Shown: positions 24,056-37,448 of the stretch, piece by piece | How the letters are laid out: every line of letters begins with the position of its first letter | Numbering within the stretch: the first letter of the stretch is position 1 | Translations under genes and position numbers: made by a program | Notes under the pieces: generated by a model | Told to the model about the DNA's origin: nothing | Database searches by the model: none | What the model saw: only the letters and a program-made list of their open reading frames with translations | Assembly: GCF_036971445.1 (NCBI RefSeq) | Contig: NC_091473.1 | Coordinates: 185,194,001 to 185,258,000, forward strand | DNA from: Narcine bancroftii | Taxonomy: Eukaryota | DNA: 64,000 nt | Direction: 5' to 3'

Positions 24056-27052
24056 ATGGGCTATACAGCCATTTACCACATCGCCAGGATTTACTACCCG
24101 GTACCTGTCACGGTTGGAATCCCTGGTAAGACACTGGTGTTGGCTCCGAGGGGTTCAGTTCTATGTTGCTCTTGTCCTTCTCCATATCTCGCCTCGACTC
24201 TCCGCACAGATGCTGCCTCTCCGATTGAGATTTTAGTCCCCGATGGTTGAATTTCTTCTGCACTTTTACGCATTGTTTAATTTCACTTTATTTTCACTGT
24301 ATTTTAATCCGTTTGAGTCCTGTTCAATTTATAATCCCATTTGTAAAATCGGTGTCCATATTAACATCGTCCCTGCATTTACTTTGATGCAGTTTCCATC
24401 GCATTACTGACAAAAAAAAATATTTTTTTAAATCAGGAGCCCTTTAATACGATGAAATATTGATCAACAACGAGACATTCTTTACTGCCCAATTTCTTCC
24501 CAACTGAGCGATGTTGGGCAGCCCGGTCCGCAAACCGCCTTTACAGCGCCAGCGATAAGGGGACGGGGGTTCGAATCCCGCAGCGGTCTGTACGTTCTGC
24601 CAGTATCTGGGCGGGTAATTCCCGGGGGCTGCGGTTTCTTCCCACTGTTCACAAGGGACCGGGGTTGTAGCTTAATTGCCCGTAACTTGGGCGGCACGGT
24701 CTGGAGGACAGAATGGGCTGTTACAGAAAGTATGTCAAAGTTTTATATATATATATAAAACTCTTTTGTATCCGTATAAACGCCTCTGCAATTCGAATGA
24801 AAACCTGAGATCTCACCTCCAAACCCGTTCTTCGACCTTTATGCACCCTCGTGTATTTTTGTTTACATTTGGTAAATTAGTTCTTCCCAAAGAAACAGAC
24901 GCTGTCGAACACATTTTGTCTAACCATTCATGCTCCCCCACAGCACTTTCCGTTCCAGGCACTGACCTGGTCTCGGTGTAATGAAAGAATTACACTGTGT
25001 TTTTACTTCTGCAGCTGCAATGCTGAGAACCTGTTTGGAATCAGCAGACATAATCTAAATTCCACCACGAGCCCAGGATGCATATTTAGTAAACACCCAC
25101 CATGGGGCCCAGGATGCAGTTGAATAGGAAGACATTATCTAATTTACATTTATGAGGCCCAGAGCAGCTTACATTTGTTGGTCGCAGACTGTTAGGAGAC
25201 CTTGAAGATAATTAAACCATTTGTTCAAAGATATGGGATTTGAAGTAAACAACTTTTGGGGTGATATGAGCCATGCTCCCACTGCTGAAGTGAGAGACTC
25301 TCCAAGAGGTGGCAACATCTCTCAGCAAGAGGAAGATAATAAACTATTTGTTCAAAGAGATAGGATCTGAGGTAAACAACTTTTGGGGTGATATGAGCCA
25401 TGGCCCCATTCTGAAGTGAGAGACTCTCCAAGAGGTGGCAACATCTATCAGCAAGAGGAAGATAATAAACCATTTGTTCAAAAAGATAAGATCTGAAGTA
25501 AACAAGTTTTGGGTAATATAAGCCCTGGTCCCACTGCTAAAGAGAGAGTCTCTGGAAGAGGTGGATACATCTCTCAGCAAGAAGAAGAACTTCAAGAGTC
25601 CAGATGATGTCCGGTCGAGGGAGGTAGAGAAGCTGGTACCTGCGCCCCAGCAACCAACTACAAATGTGCCTCGCTTCGGCAGTTGGGACCAGTCCAGGCG
25701 TTGATAAGTATAATGGGAAAGGGCTTGCATATTGTAGTGTGAATTCAGCTTTAGATTTAGTAATAATTACTTGTATAAACTGAACTGCTCTCGGTGTGTG
25801 TGTCTATTTTCGTTCGGTAGTTCGAACACTGTGCCCAATCTAAAACGAACAAAGTGAGAGGTACAAGCTTACCCAAGACACTCGGTATCTGATGTGATCG
25901 GCCTTTCACCGACCTGGAGTCCAGAGTCCCCGATCTAAACAGCTCTCAGATCGCATCCAGTCCGCTGTTGTCATCCACCTGGGGTTGGGGGAAAGGGGGA
26001 TAGTGAGAGAGACAGAGAGAGAGAGCGCGCGATCGAGAGATAGCCCGGGTCTGCTGCCTTCCCACTCTATGATCCTCAGCCACCCTCGTCCGAGAGAGGA
26101 ACGGAAAAATTACATCGTTTTCGGGCACAAATATCAAGTGAAAAGAATCCGGGTTGGCGCGGTTGAACTTAGTTTTTTGTGTCTTTACAGTAAATTTAAT
26201 TGCAATTATGATTCTGTGGCGGAGGAATTATGGTATCTCACGGTGAATCAATGGCGATGGCTGATTTAAAGTGTGTGGTCTTCGGTATGTTGCTGGAGCA
26301 GATTAATAACATTTAAATTTATTCTCCGCATTTGCTCTTCACTTCAATCTGCACTCTGACCTTTCTCCTGTGGTTTGGAGCCATGGACTGTTCTGTTTGG
26401 TTGACGGTGGCTTTCACGTTCGATCGTTACATAGCAATTTGTTGTGTTAACCTGCGGGAACGGTATTGCACCGATCGAAAAGCCACGGTTGTGATGGTAA
26501 TTGTTACAATTTAGACCTGAGTGAGGTGCGTTCCATTCGCCTTCGTAATTAAACCTTTGGTCCTCATTGACCACTTGCCATGGCGCTGCGTGGCCAAAGC
26601 TGAATATTCAACCTTATCTTTCTGGAGAATATATGCCGTCTTCCTTTGCGTCACTGCACCGTTATTGCCAATAGGCCTCATTGTATTGTTCAACGTTTTA
26701 ACCGTCCGTCATGTCATTGCGGCAAATAAAATACGTAGGAGTCTCTGGAGAAACATTGTGAAGTAGACAGATCCGGAGGAGTAAAACCGCAGAAAGTCAA
26801 TGGATTTGTTGTTTTCTCTCTCCGCCAATTTTATTTTTTTGTGGATCCCCTATGGCGTGTTTCAATCAAAATGACAAACTCAAAATTATATTTACACGGA
26901 CAGATATCTAAATAACCCGACATATATTCTGCAGAAATGTGCATTAATGTTTGAATATCTCAGTACCTTCACCGACACGTGTATCTACAACTTATCCCAG
27001 AGGAGACTCAGGAAGGAGCTGAAAATTTTGTGGAAATAGCTCTTTACATTAA
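24056..27052 (+). pseudogene. GPR139-like GPCR copy 3 pseudogene (exons 24056-24125 and 26191-27052)
   Basis: In-frame TGA at about 26244, a deletion in ICL1/TM2, and several further stops (26511, 26764, 26872). Confidence 0.93.
24977..25880. mobile_element. Solo LTR (904 bp) in the intron of copy 3
   Basis: TGT...ACA termini with a perfect 5-bp TSD CTCGG (24972-24976 and 25881-25885). Absent from paralogous introns. Contains three ~127-bp tandem repeats (about 25204-25585). Confidence 0.9.
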
Positions 27053-29872
27053 CGTGATGGCGTAGTACGTGAATCTTCCGATTCGTGTTCAAATAAATCT
27101 TCCAAATGATCTGCAGATTGGGAAGGGATATAAATCGATGTCGCTACGTGTGACTCGGAGATGACTATTTCAAGATTACTGGAATTAAGTTTGCAACTCT
27201 TGTGCATAAACGAGGTTCCTGTGATGTGTATGTATGTTTAATTTGTTTCTGTCCCACCATTTCCCCCTCCCTCTTTCAGTAAGTCGTGATTGGCAATGGG
27301 AACTACGCCGCTTGTAGTCACTGGATTGTTGAACAAGGACGACTTTGACAATTGAGGTCACAGATAATTAATGTGTTTGTGTTTGTGTGTTTGTATACAT
27401 ATTCATAAATAGAGATATATGCACCAAATTATTGTATTGTTGATGTTCGAAACATGTGTGTTCAAATAACCATAGTAACATGCTCTTCAGCCCTTCTAGT
27501 CTGTGCTGAACTATTATTCTGCCTAGTCCCACTGACCTGCACCCAGAACATAGCTCTCTATAGGCCTCCCATTCATGTACCGAAAAGGCATAGAAGGTAG
27601 AATGGACGCAGCATTTCTCACTACAACTGGCAGCTCTTTCCACACTCCTTCCACAATTTGTGTGAAGAAGTTCCCCCTCATGTTTCTCCCTTCATCCTTT
27701 CACCGGTGTCCTCTGGTCAGTATCCAATAGATTGTGCAGCTGGACAATCCAAAGCGGAAAGTGAGAAACTGCTGTCAAGCCGTGATTTCAACAGACTAAT
27801 ATACTAAATCGTGTCTTTAACAAGGGTTTAGGGAATAGTCGCCTGCTCTCTCACGTTTCGCAGTGTTTGCTACACCTACCATGCAGAGCCCACTGCTCCA
27901 CTCGTTCTACACCCATGTCATTATGTCCAGGCACAATTCAAATGCAAGCTACCAATTTTCTGACGACGCCACGGTTGTCTGCAGAATCTCAAACAGCAAC
28001 GAGGAAACCAATAAGAGGGAAATAGATCAGCTGGTTGACTGTAGTGAAAACACACAGAGATGCTGGAGGAACACGGCCAGTCTCGCAAGCTCCATAGTAG
28101 GTTCAAAGATATATATTTCCGATGTTTCCTGAGCCCTTCCTCCTGCATTTATGTGTTTTAGTGCAGGCTCCATAAGCCAGGTCCCACTCATGCTCCTATT
28201 TCGTTTGTGCTTGTGCTTTCATGAAGTTTGGAACACATTAATGAAACCTTCCACATTATTTGGCCTTCTTTTGGAATGGATAACGGAACGAAAGTTGAGG
28301 CAACTTGCATTAAGCAAGTATTGAGCAAATTCCCAAAATTGGGTGCGGGCCAATTTCACCAAGGAAACTCCTGACAAAGGGATTTGGGGGACAGGAGAAA
28401 AAGTGCTCAGTATTCGAAAGAATCATCGGGGTTACCCCAGTTTTGAATTGGGTCGACACAGTAGGCGGACAGTCAATGGAACCTGCAGATACGGTGAAGA
28501 GTGGGGTGGACAGCGCAGAGTTTAAAATGTCCCTAGCAGCAGCTCCTCGAGGATTCGTGGATGGAAGCATGTAAAAGTATGGGAGCAGCTGCGAGACCCT
28601 AAAAGCATCTGAAGCAGACGGGGAGACACTGTGAACTAAACAAGAGGTGGGATTTCTTTTATAACAGGTGAATAGATATATTTCAATTAGGGGCAACAGG
28701 ACGAGGCGTGGTGCATGAGACTCATTGAGAACTGTCGTGACTCTGGAGCCATGATCCGTGTAACCAACAGATTAGTCAGAATTGTAACAGGGCGCTTTGT
28801 TCGAGACATAGAATTTCCCGCCAACAAGGGTACAGCGTCAGTAACACATTGCCTTGGTAACCGGCCATTTCGACCCAAGAGTCCGTGTCGACAACGCTAT
28901 GTTGCCAACGGTGCGAGGAACCCGGAGCCCCAGGAGTAAACCCATGCAGACAAGGTGAGAACATACGAATGCTTACAGGCAGTGCAAGATTCAAATCCTA
29001 GTCCCAATCATTCGCGCTGTATAAAGTCATTCCTCTGGTCACCCTTTTTATAATTTATGAGATTGGAAATATGCTAATATTTTTAATTGTTATTTGAAAC
29101 ATCACACAGCGTATGTAAGTAATTAACTGATATATGTTTTTTGTGCTCCGCTTGTGGGGTATCGTGGGTGGAGGTTGGGAGGGGGAGGATAGTTCTGTTT
29201 ATTTTAGTTTGTCTTGTTTTTTTTATATGTATTTAAAATTATAAATAAAATTTCCAAGAAATTCAAGTCGTGGCGCTTAGTGCTGCACCAGTCAAGCTGC
29301 CCTTGTTTATCACTCCTGTTTCCTTCATGAATGGTTCTGAGTTAATTTTTTTATCCCTTTGAAATCCATGTTTCTGTTTTCAGTGACGACCAACAAGCTC
29401 ATCTACTCCGCGTTCCCATTTTCCGGGACTTCTTATTCACCCAAGCAGCAGCTGCTTCTAACTGATATTCGTACTGTCGTTTACCCAGGGGCCCAGTCGG
29501 GAGTAGATATTATGAAAGGTTAGAAATGGCCGATATCCAAAGGGTTAACCCCGATTTTCGAAATCTTGAACTGAACCAGCTTTCTTATTTGTGCCGCTGA
29601 ACGCAGCCACACAAGCAGCATTTTCATAATTGTCTTCGAAGAATTTTAGGAACATGACTATTGATACATTCATAATTACTATTCATGCTCTCCCCTGACG
29701 GGCCAAATCAGATACACGGTAGCACTCGGATTAAAAATAACTCTCTCAAATTGTTTGCTCAGTGGGTTGTTTCTGGCGTGACGGACTCATGATCTCAGCG
29801 GACTTTGCTTCTCTTGTATATGAGTGGGTTAAACGCCTCAGCGGTACCGCCGATCGCTGCTTCACCAGATTC

Positions 29873-32800
29873 GTGGACTATCCAGCCATTTACCACATCG
29901 CCAGGATTTACTATCCGATAGTGATCGCCGTTGGAATCCCTGGTCAAACACTGGTATTGGCAACGAGGGTCTCGGTTCTAAGTTGCTCTTGTCCTTGACC
30001 ACATCTAGCCTGGACAACCCGCACAGATGCTGCCTTTCGGGTTGAGATATTATTCCCCGATGGTTGAATTTCTTCTGCACTTTTGTGCATTGTTTAATTT
30101 TTCTTAATTTAGACTGCATTTTAATCTGTTTGTGTCCTGTTCATTTTTACAATCCCATCCGTAAAATCGGTGTCCATATTAACATCATTCCCGCATTTAC
30201 GTTGATGCAGTTTCCATCGCATTATTGACAATTTTTAAAAATCTTCTCGGGGCCCCTCGATGCGATGAAATATTCACAACCAAGACAATCTTCACTGCCC
30301 AATTTCCGCCCAACAGAGCGATGTAGGGCGGCCCGGTCCGAGCACCGCCTTTCTGGTGCCAGCGATCAGGGGACATGGATTCGAATCCCGCGTTGCCTGT
30401 ACGTTCTCCCCGTGTCCGAGCGGGTTTTTCCTTGGGGCTCCGGTTTCTTTCAACTGTTCAAAACGGACCGGAGATGCAGGTTAATTGCCTGTAAGGTGGG
30501 CGGCACAGACTGGAGGGAAAAATGGGGTGTTACAGTAAGTATGTCTAAATTTTTAAAATAATCCACTTAATCGCCCCTGAAATTCGAAGAAGAACCTGAG
30601 TTCTCACCTCCAAACTCATTTTTCGACCTGTATGTAGTTCCGTGTATTTTTATTTCCATTTGGCGAATACGTTATTCCCAAAGAAACAAACGCTGTCAGA
30701 TCGCATTTTAGTCTAACGATTCATGCTTCCCCAACACTTTCCGTTTAAGCCACTTATCTAGTCGTGGATTCACGTGATGGAGTAGTGGCCGGTAAGGAAA
30801 AAACAGCCCTCTTCACAAAAGAAAAAAGTTAGGAAGAGACAAAAAATTCATGTAGACGTTAAAGATACTCTCGGATTGATATGTTTTTGTTGTCGACCCA
30901 CATTCAAGGGAGAGTTCGGAAAACTGAATACAAAGCTAGATTACTATCTGATCATTCACCCCTTTTATTATCAACAGAACTGGAGGACATCCCACCAAGA
31001 ACATATAGGTGGAGGTTAAACTCCATGCTAATTAAAGGACAAGAATTTAGAGAGATTATTGAATGCCAAATTAAAACATATTTTGAAATAAATACGGAAT
31101 CAGTGAAAGACAAATTTATATTATGGGACGCAATGAAAGTCTTCATTAGAGGGCAGATAATACGTTATATTACTCAGCTGCAAAAGGACTTCAATCGGGA
31201 AATAGAGCATTTGGAAAGTGAGATAGTAACTACAGAAAGGAACTAGTAAAAAGGGATGATATAACGAAAGGGAAAGAATTGGTGGGCAATACAATAAAGT
31301 ACAAAACATTACAAATGAATAAGGTGGAGAAGAAGATAATGAAAATAAAGCAAATGTATTACGAACTGGGAGAACGAAAACATAAAAAATTAGCCTGGCA
31401 ACTTTAAATTGAACTAACTAAAAGAAATGTATTGGCACCAAGGAAAAATGACAAACAAATTACATATAACCTAATAGAGATTAATGATGTTTAAGGACTT
31501 CTATGAACAATTATAACAAACTGGGAACGATGGGAAAAATTAGAAAATAGAAGAGTTTTTAGCTAAAATTGAACTGCCGAAATTGCAAGAAGAGGAACAA
31601 AACAGTCTGATAAAACCATTTGAAATAGAGGAAGTACAGAAGATATTTTAAAAATCTGCTGAACAAAAAAAAAACGCCTGGAGAGGATGGATTCACAATA
31701 GCATTCTATCAAACATTTAAAGAGTTATTAATTCTTCTTCTCCTGGAAATAATGAACCAGATAGAAGAAACACAAAACTTGCCAGATTCATGTTAGACAG
31801 CAATAATTACAGTAATACCAAAGAAGGAAAGGATCCACTAACACCAGCGTCATATAGACCAATATCTCTACTTAATTCAGATTATAAGATAACAGCGAAA
31901 TTATTACCAAACAGATTGGCACATTGTGTACCAAACAAGCTCAAACTGGATTTATGAAGAAAAGACGAACAGTGATTAATGTCTTTAAATTTATTAATCT
32001 AATTCATGCAGTTCAAGGACACAAGAAACCAACAGTGGCTGTTGCATTAGACGGAGAGAATGCCTTTGAGAGAGTAGATTGGAATTATTGATTTAAAGTA
32101 TTACAGAGGTTCAATCAACCAGAACAATATATTATTTGATTAAAGCATTATATAATGGAGGAATGGTGAAATTAACAGTTAATGGATATGTATCAAACCA
32201 ATTAAATTAAGTAGGTCAACTAGACAGGAATGTCAATTATCCCACTCACAGTTCACTTCAGCAACTGGCAGAACTGATAAGAACAGAAAATAAAAGAAGA
32301 GGGATAAAAATAAAGGAGAAGGAATATAAAATCAGTTTATTTGCAGATGACATCATAGTATAAATAATAGAACCAGAAATATTAATAAAAGAAGTACGTA
32401 AGAAATTGAACGAGTATGGAGAAATATCGGGGATAAAGATCAACGAAAATAAAAGGGAAGTGATGCCAATTCTGGATTACACAGAATTTAAAAAAAGAAT
32501 CACCATGAATTGGCAAACAAAAACAATCTGATACCGAGGTACAAGGTTAGATAATAACAAGCCACCTGTACAAATTAAATTATCAGGCACTAATAAGTAA
32601 ATTGCATAAAGACATAGAATATTGTAATGAATTACCGCTAACGTTGATAGAGTGGTTAAATTGAATTAAAATGAATCTCTTCCCAAGGATAAAATAGTTA
32701 TTTGAATCGTTACCAATTTCCTTAACACAGAAATTCTTTACTGAACTAAAGAGAATAATAAGGACATTCCTGTGGAAAGGGGGAAACCGAGGACAACATT

Positions 32801-35548
32801 TGATAAATTAACAGAGAGGTACAACTAAGATGGTTTGCAGTTACCAAACTTTAAAAATTATTATAGAGCAGCACAATTAAGGTATTTATCAGATTTATAC
32901 CAGACAAGGGAAAAACCAGACTGAAGTAATATAGAACTAGATAAAAGAGGGAGAAGGTAGCCGAAAATAATTTATAACTGGGATGAAAAGCTGGTACAAT
33001 ATAAATGCTCACTGGTATTGCATCATTTATTCAATATATGGAAGAAGATCCACTTAGAAAGGAAAAAAATAAAAACAAATTACCAATTATCAAAATTAAT
33101 ATTGATGCAAAATCCGCTAATCCATTTTACTATAGATAAACTTTCTTTTAGAGAATGCGAGAGAAATGGAATCAAAATAATATAAAATTGTTTTTTTGGG
33201 AAATAATTTATCAACATTTATACAGTTGACGTACAAATATGAAATAACTGATGGTAAAATTTTTGCATATCATCAGTTCAAAGATTATTTAAATGATTAA
33301 ATTGGGCAACAGACTCAGATTACCAGAACAAAGCAGCTTTTAATATGTGATTTCAGACACAATGAGAATTAAAAGATTTATAACGAACATGTATATTAAG
33401 CAGCAATATAAGAAAAACGATGAAATAAGCTATAAACCCAAACAAAACTGGGAAAAGGATTTCAACATAAAGATAAAAAATGAAACATGGGAGAAGTTAT
33501 ATTCTAGAACGATGAAGAATATAATAAACACAAGGTTAGGCATGATACAGTATAATTCGTTACACAGGTTATATAGCACGCCCCAAAATTTAAGAAAATG
33601 GATTCCAACATTATCAGATAGATTTCTTCGCTGTAAGGAAATGGGAAGAACAGTACATGCAATTTTGGCATGTGAGAACGTGAAAATGTTTTGGGAAGAT
33701 CTAAATCGGATATTAAATAAAATCACGAAAACTCACATACCAAAAATCCAGAGATCTTTCTTCTAAGCTTGATAAGAATTAAGGAATTAGGCCTCAACTG
33801 GAATAAAACGGAAAAAATATTTTTATGATAGCCTTTGCAGAAGCAAAAAAAAAATGTATAATGTTAAATTGGAAAAAGGAAGAGGGCCTTACAATACAGC
33901 AATGGTACAGGGAAATACTTAAATGTATTCCATTGGAAAAATTAAAATATAATTTAAAAAATAAAGTCCCATTATTTGAACATATTTGTGAACCATGCAT
34001 GGAATATAGCAGAGAGGGTTTGCCTCGGACCTCCACGCCCGAAAATGATAAGAAGACAAAACGACTTGATCCAGTGTGGAAAAGTAGATGACACATTTTT
34101 CGTGTTTATTTTTCATTGTGGGATAACATTGTTTAATGGCTTTATTGTATTGTATATGTTGATTATTTATTGGTTTTGGAGGGCGTTGGAAGGTATGGGG
34201 AGAAGGTAGAAAATCCCACTGTGTATATTTAATGTATATATTTTGCTTGATATGGTTCATAGTGGGAAACATAAAAGAAAAATCTGGGGTCAGGGGGGAA
34301 AGTGGGCGGAGGCAGAGGGAAAGACTAACGTCCTAAATCGCGTCTTTTTAATTATCATTTTATTTAAATGTTTTATAAAATTCTACTACCCTCCTTCCCT
34401 CCCCCACTGACCTATCCCACCCTCTACAACCATCCCCACACCTCGGTGCATTATTAAAGAAAAACACAATAATATCATGTTATAACCGGTTGTTGTACGG
34501 TGTGCCGACCATTTACATATTTCATCACTTATAAAACTTTTACTTAAAATGGAAACCAATACAACTACATTTTTCGTGTTTATTTTTCATTGTGGGATAA
34601 CATTGTTTAATGGCTTTATTGTATTGTATATGTTGATTATTTATTGGATTTGGAGGGAGTTGGAAGGTATGGGGCGAAGGTAGAAAATGCCACTGTGTAT
34701 ATTTAATGTATATATTTTGTTTGATATGGTTCATAGTGGGAAAAATAAAAGAAAACTATTTTAAAAAGTCACTGATCTCGTCTCGGTGACTGCGCAGATC
34801 GTCCCTTCACCGACCAGGTGTTCAGAGTCACCAATCTAAACCACTCTCCGATCACACTCCGGTCCGCTGCTTTCGTCGATCTGGGGTCGGGGGGGAAAGT
34901 GGGGGGAGGCAGAGGGAAAGAATGAGTGAGAGAGAAAGAGACCGGACCCGCTCCGTTCCCACTCTCTGATCCTCAGCCATCCTTTTCGACATAGGGTCGG
35001 AGAAATGACAACGTTTTCGGGCACAAATATAACCTGAAAAGGATACGGATTGGCGCGGTTGAACTGACTTTTTTCTGTCTTTACAATTAATTTAATTGCG
35101 ATTGTGATCAAGTGGCGGAGGAATTGTGGTCTGTCACGGTGCATAACATCTACATTTATGCTCCGAATTTGCTCTTCACTCCAATCAGCACGCTGACACT
35201 TGTCCTTCGGTTGGGAGCCACGGACTGTTCGGTTAGGCTGATAGTGGCTTTTACGTTCGATCGCGACGTCGCAATTTGTGGTGTGAGGCTGTGGGGAAGG
35301 TATTGCAACGATGGAAAGGCTATGGTTGTGAAGAAAATTGTGACAATATGGAGCTGTGTGAGGTATATTCCCTACGTCTTCGCAATAAAACCTTTGGTCC
35401 TCATTGACCACTTGCCATGGCGCTGCGTTCCTAAAGCTAAATATTAGACCTCATCCTTATGAAGAATATACACGATCTTCATCAGTGTCACCACAACTTT
35501 AGTGCCAATCGGCCTCATTGTATTCTTCAACGGTTTAACCATCCCATA
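29873..35548 (+). pseudogene. GPR139-like GPCR copy 4 pseudogene (exons 29873-29942 and 35087-~35548)
   Basis: ATG changed to GTG, donor GTAAG to GTCAA, acceptor AG to AA. TM2 deleted, DRY changed to DRD, stop at 35445, truncated after TM5. Confidence 0.92.
30764..34765 (+). mobile_element. L1-clade LINE (decayed ORF2, ORF1 region deleted) in the intron of copy 4
   Basis: Motifs YSRIDMFL, SDHSP, WDAMK, KTPGEDGF, YRPISLLNSDYK, LFADD and the C-terminal Cys-rich region. Degenerate 17-bp TSD: AAGCCACTTATCTAGTC (30747-30763) and AAGTCACTGATCTCGTC (34766-34782). Confidence 0.92.
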
Positions 35549-36026
35549 TTGCCAATACACAACACAGAACTCTGTTACAATATACATACATTGATTATAT
35601 ATATAGGCACCAAATCATTGCATTTTTGATATTCGGATCATATGTGTAGGCAAGGAATCATACCATTACAGCACAGAAACAGGCCCTTCTGCCCTTCTAG
35701 TCTGTTATGAACTATTATTCTGCCGAGACCCACTGAACTGCACCCAGCTCATAGCCTTCCATACCCACCCATGCATGTACCTGTCCAAAGTCTGCCTAAA
35801 TATTAAAACGGACCCTTCATTTTCCACCACAACTGGCAGCTCGTCCCACATTCCCACTACACTCTTTGTGAAGAAGCTCCACCTCATATTTCTCCTTTCA
35901 CCCTTTCTCCAGTGTCCTTTAGTCAGTATCCCATAGATTGTGAAGCTGGATAATCCAAACCGGAAAGTGAGAAACTGCTGTTAAAGAGCGTGAGTTCCAC
36001 AGACTAACGTCCTAAATCGCGTCTTT

Positions 36027-37448
36027 TTAATTGTCATTTTATTTAAATGCTTTATAAAATTCTAGTACCCTCCTTCCCTCCCCCACTGACCTATCCCACC
36101 CTCTACAACCATCCCCACACCTCGGTGCATTATTAAAGAAAAACACAATAATATCATGTTATGACCGGTTGTTGTACGGTGTGCCGACCATTTACATCTT
36201 TCATCACTTATAAAACTTTTACTTAAAATGGAAACCAATACATTTCCAATACAAACTCCACATTTTAACAAAAAAATTAATATTCCGAAAATTATACGTT
36301 TTCTTCTCCATATAAATACATGATTCAATTTCATTATGCCATTGTTGTATACTCAATTCAACCTCATTTTTCCAAGTAACATCTACACATTTTCTCGCCA
36401 ACGCCAGTCCAAGACGTATAAATGAAATTTGACGTTTCTCCATTCGTACATTTGCCGTAATTGTATTCATATATCGCAATCAACATACCCATGGATCAAC
36501 ATATAAATATATTTTTAAGAAACCTCGTAAATTAATTTTCCCCAAAATGTCTAAAGCTTTGTACGTTCCCACACTGATGTAAAAAATTACCTGTCTGATC
36601 AACACACCTAAAACATAAATCTGGCCCTCCAAATCGATATTTTTTCAATTTTTCAGGAGTTAATATAACTGATGCAATAAATTATAATTAACTAACTATA
36701 ACGTACATTAATGAATTTTGTAACACTATCCAGTCATCTGACCATTCGTCCACAGAGGTAGGAATAGATAGGACTTTTTCCCATTTATCCTTTNNNNNNN
36801 NNNNNNNNNNNNNNNNNNNNNNNNNNNNNNNNNNNNNNNNNNNNNNNNNNNNNNNNNNNNNNNNNNNNNNNNNNNNNNNNNNNNNNNNNNNNNNNNNNNN
36901 NNNNNNNNNNNNNNNNNNNNNNNNNNNNNNNNNNNNNNNNNNNNTTTCCTTTAATAACAGGAACATTTATGAAATAAATCCCTTTCTACCCTTATCAACA
37001 ATTAATGTCTCAAATTTCGTATGACCAGGTAATTTAAACTCAATATCGTTGGTTTCAAATACAAATCTCGTACTTAAAAAGAAGCAAGTGATGTGTTTTG
37101 TTATATTCCAAATTTCTCTCTTAGTCTATTAAACGAAAGAAAAAATATGCTTTAAAGCAATCCTCCACTAATATTATTCCTTCTGATTACCAATCATTCA
37201 AAAAAGGATTATTCAAAGAAAATGAAATGGTCTGTTTCTGATATAACGGTGCCTTAACTAAAGTTTTACCATTCGATCATATCAGTTGATTCCATTTCTA
37301 CTGTACCCCATCAAATGTTTCAAAACTGGCAGTTTATACTGTTGTAAAAACTACGGATTCAATTTACATATAGAATGATGTACAGTTATTTCTTCTATTT
37401 GATCCATCGCCACTGTCTCGCATAGTGGAAGTTGATCAATATCAAACA
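36027..37448 (-). mobile_element. L1 fragment, duplicate of 16357-17653 at the same unit position
   Basis: Colinear homology with the same flanking TSD-like sequences (36009-36026 and 37449-37466). Confidence 0.85.

Noticed and set aside
28310-28696. 128-aa minus-strand ORF in the spacer block
   Set aside because: Created by a copy-specific 8-bp deletion; the frame is broken in the paralogous blocks.
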